Positions 13,101-28,100 of a stretch of DNA of 64,000 nucleotides are shown here, piece by piece; within the stretch, counting starts at the first letter, position 1, and the number at the start of each line of letters is the position of its first letter. This DNA comes from Octopus vulgaris (taxonomy: Eukaryota): NCBI GenBank assembly GCA_951406725.2, contig OX597814.1:73222001-73286000 (forward strand). Reading direction: 5' to 3'. Position numbers and translations under genes: made by a program. The notes under the pieces were generated by a model that saw only the letters and a list, made by a program, of their open reading frames with translations, had not been told where the DNA came from and made no database searches.

Positions 13101-16100
13101 AAATTTGGGTCAAATTAAGATGTAAAGTGAGAAGGCATCAAAGGTGTTGGTTGAAAAAATAATTACAATAAAAGTATAGCTAAAAAATGTTTGTACCAAA
13201 ATGAATCTGCAATACAAATGGATGATAAATGCTTTGCTGTAGATGGAAGGATGTAACATTTTAACTGTATCACATAAGATTTCTACAAAGATTTTTGTAT
13301 TTTCTGTTAATGGCAAGGGTGTGGATATTATATTTTCTCCCCATTATTAAAGAATTATTTTCATTAATTTTCAATTTTCTAGGAGGGAAGGACAAGACAT
13401 CGATGATGATGAAGAGGAGGATGAAGACTATTCACTTCTTGTTGATGCATCGTCAAATTCAAAAGGAAAACAACCAAAGCCATTAGCCAGGCAAATACAA
13501 TTAACTAGGTAATGACACGATTGATTTATTATTTCTTCAATGTTATTTTTATGTAAACTTATACTAAATCAATATATAAGTTCTACAGATTTGTCCTGTT
13601 TTCTGTCTTTCAGTACCCTTCCTTCCTTAAAGCACTACATAATTTCTATTTTAGCATATAAATGATAGGGATCATGTTGACTCATTTGATACCAACTCAT
13701 GCATGACTACCACTGTTTCTATGATATTAGTTTCTTGCTTTGAAGTGATTCAAAATTAAAACTTTCCATCAAAAGAATTTCATGTTAATTCATGTTTCAA
13801 ACACTAGCTTAATAAAGACACAGTTATTTTATTTTACTAAATACTTCATTATTTTGAAAATTAATTGTAACACAATCAGTGTATTTCAGTTGGAATATGA
13901 TGATGAAATTGTTAAACTAGGTCTTTGTTTTTATTTCTTCTTGTGATCTTGAGTTTAATGTAAATACTTTCTTCTTGCTTTTAATTTAATTTTGTGGAAA
14001 TTAGTTTGTATTAAATGAGTAAACATTGTGAATACCAAAACCTTATCTAGCAAAGAATGCGTTAGGCAACATAGATTAGTGACTTGTGCCTTCGTAGCTG
14101 GAAGTGGGCAGGCACAGAAACTAAAAGGTTCTGCAGTTGGGAATAGGTTTAGAGAAATTCTAATTGATGCATCCGACTGTAGGGAGAAAAATTTAGATAC
14201 CTGTAGCATAGACAATTGAAAATTTCTATGAAACAGTTCAGACATGTGACTGGGGCAAAGTCCTGACCTACCTGAAAGTGAGATGGTAGAAGAATGATAC
14301 AGCTGACAGTGATAAAGAAACAGGTTTGGAAAACCTGGAAGGAAGGTGGTAGTAAGGAGCATTAGAAGAGCAGCTAGTGATAGGTGTATTTTGGCTGAGG
14401 ATAAAGCAAAAAAGAAAAGATTGCATATCTTACAATGTAAGAATCGGTGACACAAGGTGTTAAGATTTGCCAGACAGTGTAGGAGAGAGAGCTAAGATGT
14501 CATTGGTGAAAAGTATATTTGGAATGATGATAAAGGCATACTCACAAGACAAAGTATCGTGGAAGTGTTATAAAGAGAGGCTGCTGAACATGGAGAACAC
14601 ATGGGACAAAGAGGGTATACCTCCTGCTGAACCTGCAGAGGGACCAGCAAATCTAGTTGACAGCAGTGTGGTAGATAAAGCAAAGTCACAGAAAAGGGAA
14701 AGCTTCAGATTCATCAAGGGTAGCTGCAGAGATGTTCAAAATATCTGGTGGGGTATACTTGCTGTATAGTTACTCAAGTTATACAAGAAGGATTTCTACC
14801 CAATGACTGGCATAGCAGTATCTTTGTAAACTGCTACAAAGATACAGGAGATGTGTTGGAATCAAATTACTGGATCAGTTTATGAAAACCATGGAGAGAG
14901 AGATATAGCTCACTTGACCTGTGGCTAAGTAGACCTAGATGAAATGCAGTTTTTTTTGGCTTCATACCTGGAAGTGTAGTGTTATCATTAGTAACTTCTA
15001 TATTTGTTATAAGCACCTTTTAAAATTATTTTGCCATATATTCATGAAAAACTGTTGGGGTTAGTTTATCACATATTCAGGATTGCTTTCAAAGGAAGTG
15101 CTGATGTATTTGCATGATAAAAACGAGTGCTTAGGTATTCAAAACATTTTCTACAAAATATTTTATTCAGTGGGTCCATGATCTAATATATAATCATGTT
15201 GGTGTTGTATTCATGCTCATCACAATCAGATATCCTAGCAAGAATTTTTTTTCCCCAGTTGTATAATAATCCATTTGATATTGTGGGGAGATGTTTCACA
15301 CATGTTTAGTATATTTTCTTTTCAGATATTAAGTTGTAAATATATGCAGAGAAATATGTACTTAGAAATATTTTCTGTCTTTTCTTAGACCTGGAAGCTA
15401 CTAATGGCATAGCATCAATTATTTCATTTGTTTATGCACATTTTTGTCACTTTCATTTCATTTTTACTGCTGCTGGCAAGAAAAACACTGAACATCCTGA
15501 AAAAGAAAACCATTAGAACTTGTCAGTTATGTAACTTGTCATTTTTGAAAACGAATATGTGACTTAGTTCACTGAATTGCAAGCCAAAGGAGAAGACAAA
15601 CTATTGTAAAATATTAATTTTCACAGTAACTAAATTATATGCACCTAATAAAAGTACAATTTTATAAGGAAGAGCACAGTCAAAAGGTATCTTGTGTGTT
15701 GCTAAACCTGTGAAATTTTCTTGTATGAGTTCTTACATCTTAATAGTAATGAGATCTTTCTGGATCAGAATTCAGTGGTAAAAAAATAAAAATCTGACTA
15801 CAGTTTATTTCCTATAAATATCTGGAAAAATTATCATTGTGGGTATGGCTGTAAACAATCCATACATAGGTTTACAAGATAAATATATATCTCCAGCAGC
15901 TGAAGTAACTTATCCTGTTTTTGACTAAGTTTTGTAGATTTGTTCTTTTCCATATTTTCCATTATTTGGTCACTGGTGTAGAGAGAAGTATATTTTAAAA
16001 AATAGACTTATTCTCCCAATATATATATATGTAAATAAAACACTTTAATCATCAGCATCATCATTTAATGTGCGTTGTCCATACTGGTATGTGTTGGGCA

Positions 16101-19100
16101 GTTTGACCAGGGCTAGTAAGCTGGAAGACTACACCAGACTCGTCTGATTTGGCATGGTTTTCTATGGCTGGATACCCCTCCTAATGCAAACCACTTCAAG
16201 AGTGTAATGGATGCTTTTACATGCCACTGGCATGGGTGGAATTTGTGTGACTCTAGTATCTGCCATGACTGCGATTTTGATGGGTCTTCTCAAGCACGAC
16301 ATAATACCAAAGGTCTCAGCCATTGCTTCTGTGAGGCCTATCACTCGAAAAGAACTCAGCCACTTTGCCTCCATGAGGCCCAACGCTCAAAAGGAACTCG
16401 GCCACAATCTGCCATTCACTCTAAGAAAGAGGCATAATCTGCCATTCACTCTAAGAGAGAGGCCCTTTGTTGCCAGAGCTCTCTGAACTTTGCCTAGCCT
16501 AGCCTAATCTTATTCTCACAGCTATGCTCTTGGAGTATCCACCTCCATTACTAACCTGGTCACCTAGATAACGAAAGCTATCTACTACCTCTAGTTTTAC
16601 CCCCCGTCAGTTGATGGAGTCTATTTTCTGCACATTTTCAGTGTTTATTATACCTGCACATCCTCCACATACAAAAACTTGTTTCTCTATTAACCTTCCT
16701 CTGATATTGCTGCACCTTTTATGTGTCCAAAGCTTACATCATGTGCATCTTATGGAGTTTCTACCTACGCCACTTCTACAGATTGAGCAGGGCTGTTTAC
16801 CTGAAGGGATTTGTGATTTGTCTGCCTTCCTACTTACTAAGACTTTAGTTTTTGCTAGGTTAACTCTAAGGCCCTTTGATTCTAGATTTTGCTTCCATAC
16901 CTGGAACCTCTCTAGTTTTCAATAAGTTTCTTCATTTTGTATAAACTACCAAATTTTTATAAGGAATGGTACAATCTCAAGATATTTCAAGATCAGCTGT
17001 CAGCATGAGTTTTTCTTTATCAGACTGCAATGACATTTGATTATGAGATATTCTGTGATTTGTGCTTAAGTAGTTAGATTTTAATTCCATATATCTTGTA
17101 TGCCTTAATATTTATATTGCCTGTACTTTATTGTATTTTGTTTCACTATCTGTTTGCTTTACATTTTATGAAAAGTTTCATATTTGTTTTTCAACTTGTA
17201 TTGGTTCTACTTACTCACCTACAATTGATCTGTAGTGAGCCAGCTGCCCCACCAATTCATGAAGCCCCTGTTCAGATCATCCGAGAAGTTGTTGAGCCAC
17301 AATCTTTAAAGGATGTAAGTATGAGGTTGTCAGAATTTTTGATTTCAGTGTGTATGTTTGTGTGTGTGTATTTGTGTGTGTTTTCTCCTTAAAAAAATCC
17401 TTTTTTTTATACTTCTCATTTTTCTCCTCTTTTTTTTTTGTTGTAGATTCAAGCAATGCTTTCTACTATTAACAATAAGTTAACAAGATTTGAGTTGCTT
17501 TCTCAGCAAATGCAAGAATTGTTTATACAACAGCAACAACAGTTGAAGCAGCAAGCAGCCTTACAACAGATGGCAAAGGTTGCTGTTACTTTACCAGTCC
17601 TTGAGCAGCACTTAAAAAGCATGGAGAATCGAATGACTGGACATTTTGAGCGCTTAATGCACCAACAGTCACAAAGAGAACGTATCCTTAAAACTTATAT
17701 TTACTAAATGTAACACTTAAAGAATTTTGGGCCCTGCACTTTAAGATTATAGCAATTTCTCTTAAGAACTGTAATATGTAATTGTAAAGACAACCTGGTT
17801 GAATAATGCTCCTGCATTTATGATTCATATACTAATGGTATTTTATGTTCTTGGAAAAATCATGTAACTATTCCTTTTTTAGGATGGTTAGCTTTTTTAA
17901 GGATGTATGCAACTTTTTGAAGCATTTATGAAAATTTGGCTTTAATTCCTTGTAATTTCAGTTACGAGGGGCGTTCAATAAGTAATGCCTCTGACCCACT
18001 TGTAGTTGTTTGATCTAGCTGAAATTTTGCATGTGCAATTATTTATATCTCTATAGATTAAGTGGCAAATTACATCTCTGAACTAATTGTAGTTTCTGAT
18101 TTACAGGTGTTTGAACTGAGTCAAGTGTGAAATGGAGCATGTTGAGTGTCGAGCAGTGATCCGGTTTTTGTATTTGAAAGGACGCACACGACAGGAGACT
18201 TTTGATGAAATGAAAGTAACTTATGGTGATGATGCCCCATCATCTGACCTTGTAAAACGCTGGCATCCTGAATTCAAACATGGTCGGAACTCTGTGGAAA
18301 CAGCTCCCAGATCTGGTCGCCCACTTCTGCCATTGATGAGGCATCTGTCTGTCAAGTTGAGGCTGCCATTTTGGAAGATCGACGCATAACTATTTGCCAA
18401 ATAGCCCATGAGGTCAAGATTAGTACCGGGTCTGTGGAAACTATCATTCATGACCATTTGCATATACAAAAGGTGTCTGCCAGATGGATTCCCAGGTTGC
18501 TCACACCTTTCCAGAAGCAAGAACGCGTCGATTGCTCGAGGATGAATTTGGAGATGTGCCAAGAAGATGAGTCAAAATTTTTCAAAAGACTGATTGCATA
18601 GGATAAAACCTGGGTCCATCACTATGATCCAGAGACCAAAGCCCAGTCAATGCTGTGGAAGCACCGTGACTCACCTCCTCCAAAGAAGGCAAGGGTGCAG
18701 CCCTCCGCTGGCAAGGTCATGCTTACAGTCTTCTGAGACCAGGACGGAGTAGTGAAGACAGATTTCCTGGCAAAGGGTGCCACAATTACAGGAGTCTATT
18801 ATGCTTCACTTCTGAGGAAATTAAGAGAAGCTATCAAAATCAAGAGGCGGGGCAAGATCAGCAAAGGCATCCTCCTCCTGCAGGACAACGCTCCGATCCA
18901 CAACTCGCTTGTCGCCAGATCAGAAGCACAGGCGTGCGGCTATGAACTCATCCCCATCCCCCCTACTCTCCTGACTTTGCAGCCTTGATTTCTGAAGTCA
19001 CGTCGTGGTTGGAGGACCAAGCTGGGGTCTTCTACAAAAACGGTCTTCAGAGCTGCATCAAACAATGGGAGAAATGCATAACTCTGGGTGGTTCCTATGT

Positions 19101-22100
19101 AGAAAAAGACTAATAACTGTGCCAAGTTTCGTTGCTCTACTGCTATGGGAAGTGGGTTAGGGGCATTACTTATTGAACGCCCCTCGTATCTTCTGTGGAT
19201 CAAACAATATATTGGGACATCCCATAAATAATGTGGTTTTTTTTCAATTGCATGAACTAAAAGTCGGAGTGGTATGGGATAAACTACCTGCATCAACTTG
19301 CTATAAAAACAGGTAGTAATTTTACCTTGATCTTATGCTTAGTGCAAGTTTTGAAGAGTGCAGTTCGATTTTAACAGTTATTTTTTTCAAAGCTACAATG
19401 GAAGTGACAAAGGAGCATATTCGGCATATTTTGCTTTATGAGTTCAATAAAGACAACAATGCAACAGAAAGTGTGAGGAATATTAATGCAGTATATGGGG
19501 ATTGGTCAACAAGTGCAAGCCAGTGTCAGTGATAGTTCCAGAAATTCTGAACTGGAACTACAGCCTAGAAGATGAGCTTCATCCTGGAAGATCTGTAGAG
19601 CTCAACGAGGATGTCCTGCAAACTCTGGTGGAACAAAATCCCATTGTAGCTGTTGAGGAACTAGCAGAGAAGCTTGGATTTGATCATTCAACCATTCATG
19701 GACACCTGCGTGCCATTGGAAAAGTCAGCAAATAGGGTCAATAGGTTCCTTACAAACTTTCGGAGTCTAATCACTTGCAGAGAGTGAATATGTGCTTTTC
19801 TTTGCTGTCACGTCTCATGAATGAACCTTTTTTGGACTGAATAGTGACTGGTGATGAGAAATTAGTTTTCTATAAAAATGTCAAGTACTGAAGACAGTGA
19901 GTAGGGAAAGGAGAAACACTGGCACTCTAGGCTAAAGGTCTTCACCCACATAAGTGTTGTTATCTGTTTGGTGGGATATAAAAGGTTTAGTCCGCTTTGA
20001 ACTTTTAAACCCAAACCAAATGGTAACAAAGTAGATCTACTGCGAGCAGCTTGAGTGGCTTAAGTCAGTGCTAGAAGAAAAACAATCATCTTTGTTTTCA
20101 AGATGAAAGATGCTCTTCCATCAGGATAATGTTCAGCCACATACAGCAAGGATGCCATTCCAAAAGCTGGAGCAGTTTGAATGGGAAATGATGCCCCGCC
20201 CACCATATTCGTCAGACGTTGCCCCATCTAATTATCATTTATACTGCAGTCTTCAAAATCATTTGGACAAAAAAAATATGAATTCTGTAGACGAGGTCAG
20301 AACAGTACTGGAGGAGTATTTTTTGTCATGGACAAGTGAATTTTGGAAGAGTGCTTTGCAAGTCTATTAGATAGATGGAAGAACATTGTAGAAAATGGAG
20401 ACTATATTTTAAATTAAATAAGAACTTTATCTTAATTTTGAAAAATAAAAGATGTATAAAAAACTGCATTATTTATGGGATGATCCAATACATCATTGGT
20501 TATATTGTAGCATTGTACTAGTCTGCTGGCTTGGGATTAATAATAGATAGTAAGTAGAAAGGATAATAGGTAACTATTGCAGGTTATTATCTTGCTGAGA
20601 ACTTTGTAGCTTACAGTGTTGGTTCCTCATTCTGATCACAAATATTTTAGACCTCCAGTTTAATGTGCATATGGCTCTTTATACCTAAGTTTATCATAAG
20701 CCTTGTAAATTTTTTTTATCATGTAGATCTTTAATAAGGCTTGCATTAACCAACTGACTTAAACACCTAATTTGCTACTGTATGTCTTGTGCAAATATCA
20801 TTAACTGTATCTGCAAGTAGTGAGTGTTGCTCTACTTTGCTAGTTGAAAGAAATAATTTGAATATTTTTTATATTCCTGAATGAAGATGCAGTTTCTAAT
20901 TCTTTGCCTGAAAAGTTGAGAGAAAAGCTTAAAGTATTAAACAATGGGTAGTGTGATGTTTTTTTTTTAATATTTAATCTTAGTTGATTCTGATAATCTA
21001 GTTCTTTTATTTTTACTTTTAAGTAGATTCAATTAGCCAATCTTTCTAATTGTGGACTGTTTAAATATTCCTTCATTAGCTTATTTGTGCAAGTTGTAGG
21101 ATATTAAATGTCTACTGGTTAACTGTGGTATTCTTTTACTGTTTCAGTTCCTGGACTGTCAATATTATAAGCTAACTTATTTCATGCGCACTGGTTTATA
21201 AAACAAACTTGACTATTCAGTTATTCCCAAATCTAACTTTGATGATTATAATATTTGAATAATCCCTCCCATTTGTAAATTGACTATCAGTGGACCATCC
21301 TAGGAATGGTATGACTTTTACAACACAACTAGGAGTTCTGTTCTCTCTCTGAACATTTAATGACCATTACAAGGCAGAAAGGTCACTACATCTGGTGACA
21401 TGATAAACCCTCTTCTCATATTATTTAATGGATAGTGTTGTAGGTCTAAATGCCCCTTGGTAAATACCATTGTTTGGTTTATGGAACTTATTGGAGCATT
21501 CAGTTTAAGCTACTAGCTCTGTGCTTAAGCACCCACTAATTGCTAACTCTCTACAAAGCTCAATATCACAATATCACTGCACCATGAGGTGTCAGTGTAT
21601 ACAAGTTAAAAAAGTGTTGATGTTCTTGTGAGCACAATATTTAGAAAGCTCTATGCAAAGCTAACTGATTTACAACTAAGTTAAATGTTACAAGTATTGA
21701 AATAGTGGTTAATAGTAACTCAGAAATGTCTCCCCCTCCCCTACTCATATTGAAACAAAAAGCAAATTGAAAAATTTGAAAGATATGAAAGAATTAAAAT
21801 ATTCAAGCCATCCTTTCTTCAAACAATCGTAGACTGATCCAGTGTTTACTAGAGTGACATCAGTCCTTTGATCTTCTAACACATTCACATGCATTCTAAC
21901 ATGCAAACTATGAGCTCTCACCTGGACTTCCTTATATATAAGCCAGGCAGCCTGTTCTTTTCTGCAAAATAAATCTCTAACTCTACATAAACTATCTCTT
22001 GTGTTCAGCTGAACTTTCTGCTCAAACTTCACTTTGAAAAATGATGTTTCTACATATATTGATTCCTCTCTCACCTGGTCTCTCTTCTCCAAATATATTT

Positions 22101-25100
22101 ACATCTGTCATTCTCCAGACTCTTTTTGACCATGAAATGCTTAAGCATCCACTAGTTGCTAACTCTCTACAAAGCTCAACAACAATAGAATGCTTCCCTC
22201 ACATCTGGTACAGTACTACTGCTGATGCACATACAAATATCCTAAACTGTGTTAAAACGTTACCTGACTAATTGGTATGATGTTACTTACCAACACTCAA
22301 ATTTAATGCCTCCTCACTCACTATTTTCTACCAATACTACATGAATTTATTCTTCTGAGCTAGTTGGTCTCATGCCATCACCAGTCAGGCCCATCCAACT
22401 CACTTATCTTTCCCCAACTTTATTTACTGTTAGTCAGAGGAAAAAAGCAGTGTCCATGGCCCTTTGCAAGATCAATATGATTCTTGAGAGGGAATGGAAA
22501 AGGAAAGTATCATCTAACAGGAGACTTGGGACTGAATGTTTACTATAGTCAATTCCACTAAAGGTGTCTACATGCTAGGTGGTGGTATAAGGTTAAGTCT
22601 ACTACTCAATTTTGCTATAATGGGATTTCAACTCAGAACAAAAACAGTTGGAATAGATACCACAAGATATCTTTTATGTAGCACTAACAGTCCTGCCACT
22701 CTACTACCATAAATTGGTACTTTATGAAGTGACCTCAGAAGGAAAACCATTCACTTCAATCTGATTTGAACTCGGAGTGCAAGGTGTAGGAATAAATCCT
22801 GCCAATTATACTGTTTGACTCTCCAATGACTGCCAATTTGCTGTTCATCTTGTCTACTCCCTTCTTGCCTCCATACTAATTATTTTGCTCAATTCTTCCT
22901 GCATAGAATGCCATTTGCTGGAATTTCCTGTTTGCCCATATTTTTCTTTAGTTGTTGACTTCTAAGTCACTCAAAAACATCAAAGGCATTGATTTAACAT
23001 GTCTCGGAATCTAAAGATTGAAGGTGCTGTCTGTTCTTCCAGATAAGAACCATTTATAAAAATAAAAAGTGCATAATAGAACATTAAGTTTTTAACCATC
23101 ACATTATTTAAACATTGCACTTAAAATAATCTTAACGGTATTTTAAGACCTGCTACTTATTGACTGAAAAAGAACCAAAGACTTGAATCAATGAAATCTA
23201 GTTTTCCTTAACTATTCAGACCAAAGATACCAGGAGATTTTGAATGAAACTCAGTCGTATGATAAAAAGCATGAAGCACTAGTTAATACTCTTTGGCAAG
23301 CTGTGGACACAACTCTAAGGAAAAACCTTGAAGTAATTGTTAAAAGTGAGATGAAAAATAACGTTCTTCCAAGTGAGTATGTTTTCATTTTCCAATCCAG
23401 GTAGTTTTGAATGAATGCATTATAGTGGATAATGATTATGGATGCTAGCTATAGATTAATGATTAAAGATTATTGCCTATGATCATCTTCAGAAAATGCA
23501 TGAGTTTGGAGACTTGAAGTTTGCAAGATGGCAGAGAGAGAGAGAGTTAAACAGACAATTGAAATTTTGATTAGAAATTAAAATTTGTCTAAGAAATTTA
23601 CATTCTGATATTTAAACAATACTTTTTTAAAGAGCTTGTCCAGATTTTTTTGTTCAGTCTCTTTCTACAAATTTTAAAATCCTTTTAAAAATATATCCTA
23701 AAGTTACTCTTATTGCACTAATTTTCACTTAACTAATTAGTTACACTTTTCTCTTCTAAAAGAAATAATAATATCACTGTGATCTAATGGGATTCAAAGA
23801 GTCCCATTTTCTTCATTGTTTAGAAATGAGATGGAATTCCAACTGCATTAATTAAACAATCAGATTAATTTGTCTTTATATGTTCATATATTTTATTAAC
23901 AAAATTGTGGATATTCAGATAAAAGAGATAGTAATGTTTTTCTGTCTATAGAAAAGGAGCTTAACTCTTTAGATGTGAAACAGTCTATGAAGGTAGAATA
24001 GTTCATAATTTGATCAGATGTACAGTTGAAATTTTGAGAAAGATTGAATTGAGCTATAGAGGCAGCTAGGAATCGAGAGCACCAATTTCCAAAAGAATTG
24101 AAATAAGAATTGGATTTAAAATAGTTGGTTGATATTAACCAGAATAGAAGCAGATGTAACAAATTTTAGAATTTGGTGAGGATTGACTTCAATTTTGAGA
24201 ATTAACCCTTTCTTTACTATATTTCTGACCAAAATACACTCCTTATGAGTTTCAAATAAATTCTAAAATAATCGTGAATTTAGACTAGTTTCATTAAACA
24301 ACTGTAACTTTTTTATTTATCAACATATTAATGTGATATTTGGAACATAATTAAAGAAAGAGTTCTTAATCAATTCTATTGCATAACTTTTGTCTCAAAG
24401 TGACTCTAATTACAGAAATACAGGTAAACTGAGCTAAAGGTAAAAATATAAAAATTTTGTTTAAACATCACTATAGAAAATGAATCATCAGCTAATATTC
24501 AATTGGGTATGCAACAAAATTTTGATATAGAAGAATTGTGCACATCACTAGATTATCAGTCTTAATGCACAACAGAACAGGTGTACCATAAAGGTGAAAT
24601 AAACTGAAATACTGGAATCCACCTAAATCCACCGCAAGTTTGACTGAACTAAAACAATCGGTCAAAGAATAATATATGGCCATGGTTATGGTATTGAAGG
24701 GATAAATTCCAGACCACATTGTACTCTAGGCCATGCTAACTAACAATATTTTCCCTGTATAAAAACTAAATCCGCAGCAGTATCCAGTATTTGCTTCGCA
24801 AATTTTCCAAACTTTGATCCCTCATTTCATGGGCTTTCCTGGCATATACTGTTTGTTTACATTCTGCATAACAGTTTGTTTTCGCAGTGATCGCTTCAAA
24901 CAAGCATACTGAAAAAAATAAATGTCTAAAGGTTTCGCTTCCTAAGAAACACTATGGATAGACTCCATTTCCTCAGAAAAATTGCTAATAAAAACATTTT
25001 TAAAGTTTTTATTTCATTCCGATGTAAAATTGTCATTGTTGTCGCTATCGCCGCTTTCAGTTTCTTCAGAATCGCTGCTTTTGGTTTTGGATACAGAAAT

Positions 25101-28100
25101 ATCCTATTCATTCTTGTACACCACGTCCTTTTGTGCCTCATTCATTCTTTTTCTCGATATCTCCATATTTTCTGTTGATAGCATGAAACTCCTATCCATT
25201 TTCAAAGTTGAAAAAAAAATCGATGCCGAAAAATGTGGAAAAAAATCTCCCAAAATTCACTAAATTTAGATATCAGGTCAAGCAATAACTCAACTATTTA
25301 CAAAGTGAAATCATGTATTTTCACAAATGTACTAATGAGATTTGTGCTTAAATTCACATTTAAATAACAACGGGTACTCTTGGCCGGCTACAGCTGGGTT
25401 GGTCTTATGAACCAAAAAGTTTTTCAGCCGGCTACAGCTGGGTTGGTCTTATGAACCAAAAAACTTTTCAGCTGGCTACAGCTGGGTTGGTCTTATGAAC
25501 CAAAAAACTTTTCAGCTGGCTACAGCTGGGTTGGTCTTATGAACCAAAAAGTTTTTCAGCTGGCTACTGCTGGGTTGGTCTTATGAACCAAAAAAACTTT
25601 TCAGCTGGCTACAGCTGGGTTGGTCTTATGAACCAAAAAACTTTTCAGCTGGCTACAGCTGGGTTGGTCTTATGAACCAAAAGGTTTTTCAGCCGGCTAT
25701 GGCTGGGTTAGTATTGAAAGGGTTAAAACATTTTCTTTTTCCTTTGTTTCTTAATTATTAGCCATGATGCAGTCTTTGGAATCTATCAAGATGGATTTGA
25801 CAAGAGAGGTGGCCCAGAAATTATCTGCTTCTGATGCTATTCTTAAAGAAAATCTTGCCAAGCTTGTTCGGAATAGAGTGAGTATTTGCCTGCTTTCTAT
25901 TAAGTTGTAATCATAGCAAAAATCTCTCAAATATAAATTTGAGGAGCAGTGCATGTTTATTGAATAACCTCATTTTTAGTAAAGATTGTTTGCCAACATA
26001 ACATGGCAGTCTTGGTTTCATTTTCCTATATCTTCATTGTCCTATTGTGAATATATAGATATTCTTTGGTTAAATCATCTTGAAATCTATATTTCTAATG
26101 CAGAGCTCTTATTCCTACCACGGTGTTGTAGGAGAAAAATGTGTAAGTTTACAAGTAATTAAAATCTTAGGTTTACGGATTCTGTTTTTAATTAAGAGAA
26201 TTGTATTTCACATATGGCCTAATTTCCTCAGGAACTTTGAAATTAGAAACCACAAACCATTATAAGGTGAAGATATTGCAAATTCTGTCATGTTTGTCTT
26301 TGTTTTATCTCTTATAAACATATTCCTATTTTGATCTTTAGAAGTCATATCATTTTCCATTTATAAACTTCTTTACTTTTCAGCAAACTATTGAAGCTAT
26401 TGGGTCATCTGTTGGAGCTGCAATTGAAGTGCCCATTCAAACAGCATATCGAGAATCATTCCAGAATATTGTCATCCCTAATTTTGAAAGAACCTCCCAA
26501 AACATGTATAACCAAGTACACGACACATTCCAAAAAGGAACCAAAGAATGTAAGTTGCACTAGGTTACACTAGATTAGCTGAGTTAATTTTTATTGTTTT
26601 GTTGTAATATTTCAGTTCATGTTCATAAAGCTGGTGGTCATTCCAACCCAGAAAGTCATTTAACTTCAGTGTATTGCTGTTATAGTTTTATTCTCATCAA
26701 AATCTGCAATTTTTCAGAAATCTATCCCAATCTATGGAGTTATGTTATGTTGCTCCAGTCCTAAGAATGATTATGCCTGCCTTTTTGACCTCATGGGAAA
26801 GAAGCAACAGAGGCAGGTGTTAGCAATCAAATCCTTTATCAATTTGAGTAGATCTCTTCTCAATGACTAAGCTGTATGGTTTCTATAAAATCATACTTGC
26901 TTTTCAATGTCTTGCACTAGTTGATCTGTCACTCTTGAGAACTTCGGAGAGACAGAGACAGAGAGGGAAACTTTGCAAAGAGTTTCTCTTACAAGACATA
27001 GTCAAAGAGAGCTTTGTAGCAAAATATCCCTTGGAATGGAAGTTTCCATTTCAGCATCACTCATTGGAAATCTATTCCTCACATGCCATCCACTTTAGTT
27101 TATCTCAGAGCGTAATGATACTTCTAACATTCCTCTTGTACCTTCTGCACACATGCTATATAGATTCCTCATGTCAGACTGACACTATACATGAATAAAG
27201 ACCTTGACATCATCTATTAGGTCAGAGAATGACCCTCATTGTAGAATATTGGCACTGTAAATTAGTTTCCATAAATGTACACTGAGGGAAGACTTTTTTT
27301 TTTATGTGTTCCTTGAAATCAAGGGACCACCTCTACCATATGGATATTTTTTCTGATACATTTAATTACATGTAAATCTTCACTATACTCATTGCCAATC
27401 CTAATCTTACTAACGGCCTCTCTGTATAAGGCCTGTACAGCCCATATTAACCATTTGTCAATCCCCAGTTTCTGCATTGCTCACCAAATAAAGGATCAGG
27501 GGACCCTGTCAAAGGCTTTCTCCAAGTCCACAAAAGCTAAGTAGAGGGGTTTATCTTTAGCTAGGTATTTCTCCTGCAGTTGTCGAACCAGGAATATGGC
27601 ATCAGTGGTGCTCCTACCCAGCACAAAACCGAACTGCATCTCATCTAAGCAGACTCTGTCCCTAATGAGATGGGCTGTGACCCTCTCCATGACCTTCATC
27701 ACCTGATCCAGCTGTTTGATACCCCTGTAGTTATTTCTATCTAGAGCATCACCATTACTCTTGTAGCAGTTGATTTCTGATGGGCCGGGGGCGGTTCATG
27801 GTATAACAGGTCAGAACATATAGGAATGTAAACACTGTAACACTATAGAATTTTGATCTATTCTTTTCACATTTATCAGTCAATAAGTGAATGTATTCAG
27901 CTTCTATTTAGCAAACTGTACATTTTTATTTGTGCTATTCTATATTGATTACTCATTTTATTTTCTTGTAGACTTGGTTCAACTTCAGCAACACTTAGAA
28001 GTTGGTCGTCGAAGACAAATGGAGGTTTGGGATCCTGTAGTTTCTCAGTTGCAATCAACTGTTGAGATGTTCAAAGGTTCAACTGAACACCTACACACTC

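Larger units (their letters stand above)
17682..23219 (+). other. EDC4: U12-type (minor spliceosome) GT-AG intron of EDC4
   Basis: 5' site GTATCCTT; branch site TTTTCCTTAAC at 23202-23212, 7 nt from the intron end; no polypyrimidine tract; phase 1 joins C|AC (His) in frame. Confidence 0.88.

Noticed and set aside
25383-25709. CRISPR-like regularly spaced repeat
   Set aside because: No unique spacers, eukaryotic intron context, no cas genes; it is a minisatellite inside a piggyBac
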